Shown here: positions 61,405 through 64,000 of the stretch, piece after piece | How positions within the stretch are numbered: the stretch's first letter is position 1 | How the letters are laid out: each line of letters begins with the position of its first letter | Source of the DNA: an uncultured Actinomycetes bacterium | Lineage (GTDB): Bacteria; Actinomycetota; Thermoleophilia; Gaiellales; Gaiellaceae | NCBI GenBank assembly: GCA_963739525.1 | Contig: CAVUAR010000005.1 | Coordinates: 358,915-422,914 of the forward strand | Direction of reading: 5' to 3' | Length of the DNA: 64,000 bases | Translations under genes and position numbers: made by a program | Notes under the pieces: generated by a model | What the model was told of the DNA's origin: nothing | Database searches by the model: none | What the model saw: only the letters and a program-made list of their open reading frames with translations

Positions 61405-64000
61405 TTAGTCGCCGTCCGCTTCCGACACGCCCACCGGCGCGGGCATGGGCGAGCCAGCGCCCTTGACCGAGGCCCAGATCGCCTGGTTCAGGATGTGCTC
61501 GTCCGGCCCGTCCGGGACGGAGAAGTCCTGCGCGGCCGAGAGCGCCCCGAACGGGGCGTTGGGCTTGTTGACCGGGTAGCCCGGATCGCCGAACGGGATC
61601 ACGCGTCGGCTGGATCAGCGTCGTACGGTGTCATGTTCGGCGGAGCCGAACGCGGTCCACATCCGGCGTCGCCCGCTGGTCGGAGACGCTCATCGGCGAG
61701 AGGCCGAGGACGTCCTCGATCGTCGCCAGCATCCCCGCCGTGTCGTAGTGGGTCGAGTCGACGCGTCGCGTGCTGCGTGTACGGGCTGATGACGAGCGCG
61801 GGCGAGCGGTGGGCGTCGACGTGGTCGGGCGCCGTCCTGCGCGTCGTCCTCGAGCACGAAGATGGCCGGTGCTGGCCCAGTACGCGGCTGTGCGACACGA
61901 CGTCTGACGAGCTCGGCCGAGCGCGAGGTCGTTGTCGGCCATGTACGAGCGCGGGCGTGGCCTTGCCGGAGTTCGTGCCCTGGGTGTGGTCGTTCGGGCA
62001 GGCGCACGATCTCGAGCTCCGGGCAGGTCTGCCCGTTGCGCTACGAACTCGATCGGAACTCGCGCTCCCACTCGGGCTCGCGGACCGCGTGGTCGGAGCA
62101 GTTCATGTTCCAGCCCGGGTAGTCGCGGGTCGACGTGGTCGCCGAAGCGCGTGCGCCTGCAGGTGGGTCGAGGTCGACGTGCTGGCTTGCCGTCGGTGCA
62201 GTCGTCCGAGCGTCGTCGACTCGCCGTAGTCGCGGAAGCGAGACGCCGTGCGACGTAGGCGTCGTCCCAGATGTAGCCGACGGTCGCCGCCGACGGCCGA
62301 GCCGCGGCACGGTCGGGTCGGACGCGAGCGGCTCGGTCGGGAACTGCTGCGCGAGCGGCACGTACTCGCTGTCGTAGCTCCGGTAGTACGCCGCGCGGCG
62401 TAGTCGAAGGGCCAGACCTTGTCGATGTAGTCGGTGGCGGTCGCCGGCGTCGACCAGCGGGTGGCCGTCCTGCGAGACCTCCGCGTCGACGTAGAAGTTG
62501 TCGAGCAGCATGAAGCGGCGCGCGAGCGCGCGGTGGTTGGGCGCCGACGTCGTCGCCGAAGAGCGTCAGCGCGGGTCGCCGTTGCCCTTGCGCAAGGTCG
62601 CCGAAGACCTGGTCGTACGTGCGGTTCTCCTTGATCACGTAGATGACGTGCTTGATCGCGTGCGAGCGCCGCCGGCGCTCTGCGGCCGGCCGCGCGTCGA
62701 CGTGGTTGTTCGCGGCGACCTGCGCGGTCCAGCGTGCGAGCGCGGCCAGCCTCGAGCGCGTGCGCGGCAGGTCGATCACCTCGACCGAGCCCTTGATCAT
62801 CGTGCCGACGTACTGGTGTCCGAGAGCGGCGGCTGTACCAGGTGCCCGATGAGCAGTGGCGGCGCGTAGCCGGGCAGTCGAGCCGAGCGGCGCGAAGGGC
62901 CCGCACGGGTTGGGTGCCGCGCCGAACCCGTTCGTGTTCGACGACCACCAGGCGCCGGCCGTCGGGCGTGACCTCCACGTCGGCCGGATACCAGGCGGTC
63001 GGGATGAAGCCGCGCACCTTGCGGCGTCGTCGAGGTCGACGACGCGCGATCGCGTTCTCGCCGGCCTCGCGCGACGTAGAGCGTGCCGGCCGTCGGGGCT
63101 CACCGTGAGGCCGTCCGGCATCGAGCCCTTGGGCGCGCCTGGCGACGAGCGCGACGTCGATCGTCGCGACCGAGCTTGTCGCTTCGTGGTCGATCACGGA
63201 GACCGTGTCGCTGTTCGCGTTGGCCGTGTAGACCTCGTCGCGGACCGGGTTGGCCGCGATCGCCGTCGGGTGGTCGGCCTGCAGCGGGTCGTTCCGTGCG
63301 GCGAGAGGAGGATCGTCGCCGATCTTCCGTCTGCGTCGCCGTGTCGATGACCGAGACCGAGCGCCCGATCCAGTTCGTGACGTAGGCCTTCGTCCCGTCG
63401 CGGTCGAAGGTGACGCCGAGCGGGTCGAGCGGCGCGCCGAGGTCGATCGTCGCGACGTGATCGTGTCCGGTCGCCGGGTCGATCACCGTGACCGTGTGGC
63501 CCGGCGGATCTCGTACGCCGTCGGGCGACGCCCGCCGAGGTTGTTGGCGACGTACAGGCGGTCGCCGAGCGGCGTGTGCCCGTAGGCGATGCCCGGCCGG
63601 GAAGCCCGGCGCCGGGATCGTCGCCGGCCTCGGCGCAGCGGCCCGGCCGAGCACGTCGTAGGCGTGGACGACGTTCTGCCCGCCGCCCGAGGCCCACGCG
63701 CGGCGCGCCGTCGGGCGAGAACGCCACGCCGTAGAAGACCGACCTGCCGCGATGGCCGTTGTAGACGACCACAGCGCGTCCGCTCGCCAGTCGCGAGGTC
63801 GAAGATCTCGACGGTCTCGTCCTGCACGGCCTGGCCGCTCGACGTCACGAGCGCATGGCTTCCGTCGGGCGAGAGGGCGACTGCCCATGGTCCGCCAAGG
63901 CCGGGACCCTCGGTCACCGTGATCACCCTCCCGGCCGGGGTGAGCGCCCAGCCCGAAGGCGTTGTCGGCGCGCTTCCCGCGAGGGCGGCGGCCGAGACCG
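61405..64000 (-). pseudogene. YVTN/YncE-type beta-propeller fused to phosphoesterase (PlcC/AcpA-like), at least 8 frame switches; 5' end outside window
   Basis: Pieces in all three frames: ALSPDGSHALVTSS, VTVIDPATGH, AYVTNWIGRSVSVIDTAT, VYTANANSDTVSVIDHE, IKHVIYVIKENRTYDQVFGDL, FMLLDNFYVDAEVSQDGH, DYPGWNMNCSDH, HYDTAGMLATIEDVLGL. C-terminus ...ILNQAIWASVKGAGSPMP, stop at 61405. Confidence 0.7.

Overview
This is a high-GC segment (hand counts of single 60-nt lines give about 70% in typical genes). It looks like an Actinomycetota-type chromosome or MAG, possibly Thermoleophilia- or Rubrobacteria-like, but the taxon is inference only.

**1-27 kb: housekeeping and catabolic genes.** These are hisS (partial), an MBL hydrolase, a histidine-utilisation set (hutH-hutU-hutI plus a glutamate formimidoyltransferase), an M55 peptidase and a heterodimeric ABC exporter pair. 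They are followed by tRNA-Gln(CTG), an MprF/LysX-like lipid aminoacyl transferase, a lone AsnB-like protein and tRNA-Glu(CTC). This part ends with a HAD hydrolase, a Cys-type arylsulfatase and an F420-type oxidoreductase.

**28.2-58.4 kb: a roughly 30 kb Wzx/Wzy-type surface-glycan supercluster.**
- The plus-strand operon is Wzz-like, methyltransferase-like/APH kinase fusion, GT4, GT4, GT2, GT2, sulfotransferase, Wzy.
- Between the operons lie a lyase-like lipoprotein, two paralogous secreted proteins, Wzx and a second Wzz-like gene.
- The minus-strand operon (49.2-58.4 kb) is tightly coupled. It starts with a Ser/Thr-rich surface protein carrying 11 perfect 21-bp repeats. It then encodes a degenerate GGDEF-like protein, a priming sugar transferase, an NTase with a dead P-loop domain and an HPr-kinase-like protein. 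The remaining genes are a methyltransferase-like protein, an APH kinase, a dTMP-kinase-like P-loop protein, an ATP-grasp ligase and a NodB deacetylase.

This kinase- and pseudoenzyme-rich operon is my best candidate for an undescribed system.

**Frameshifts.** Many genes are interrupted by single-base indels that cluster at 4.2-14.5, 22.8-25.8 and 61.4-64 kb, while the glycan locus is almost intact. I suspect patchy sequence quality rather than true decay.

I recognised no rRNA, CRISPR array, transposase or integrase. Many long Arg/Pro/Gly-rich ORFs in the track are antisense or out-of-frame artefacts of the high GC content.
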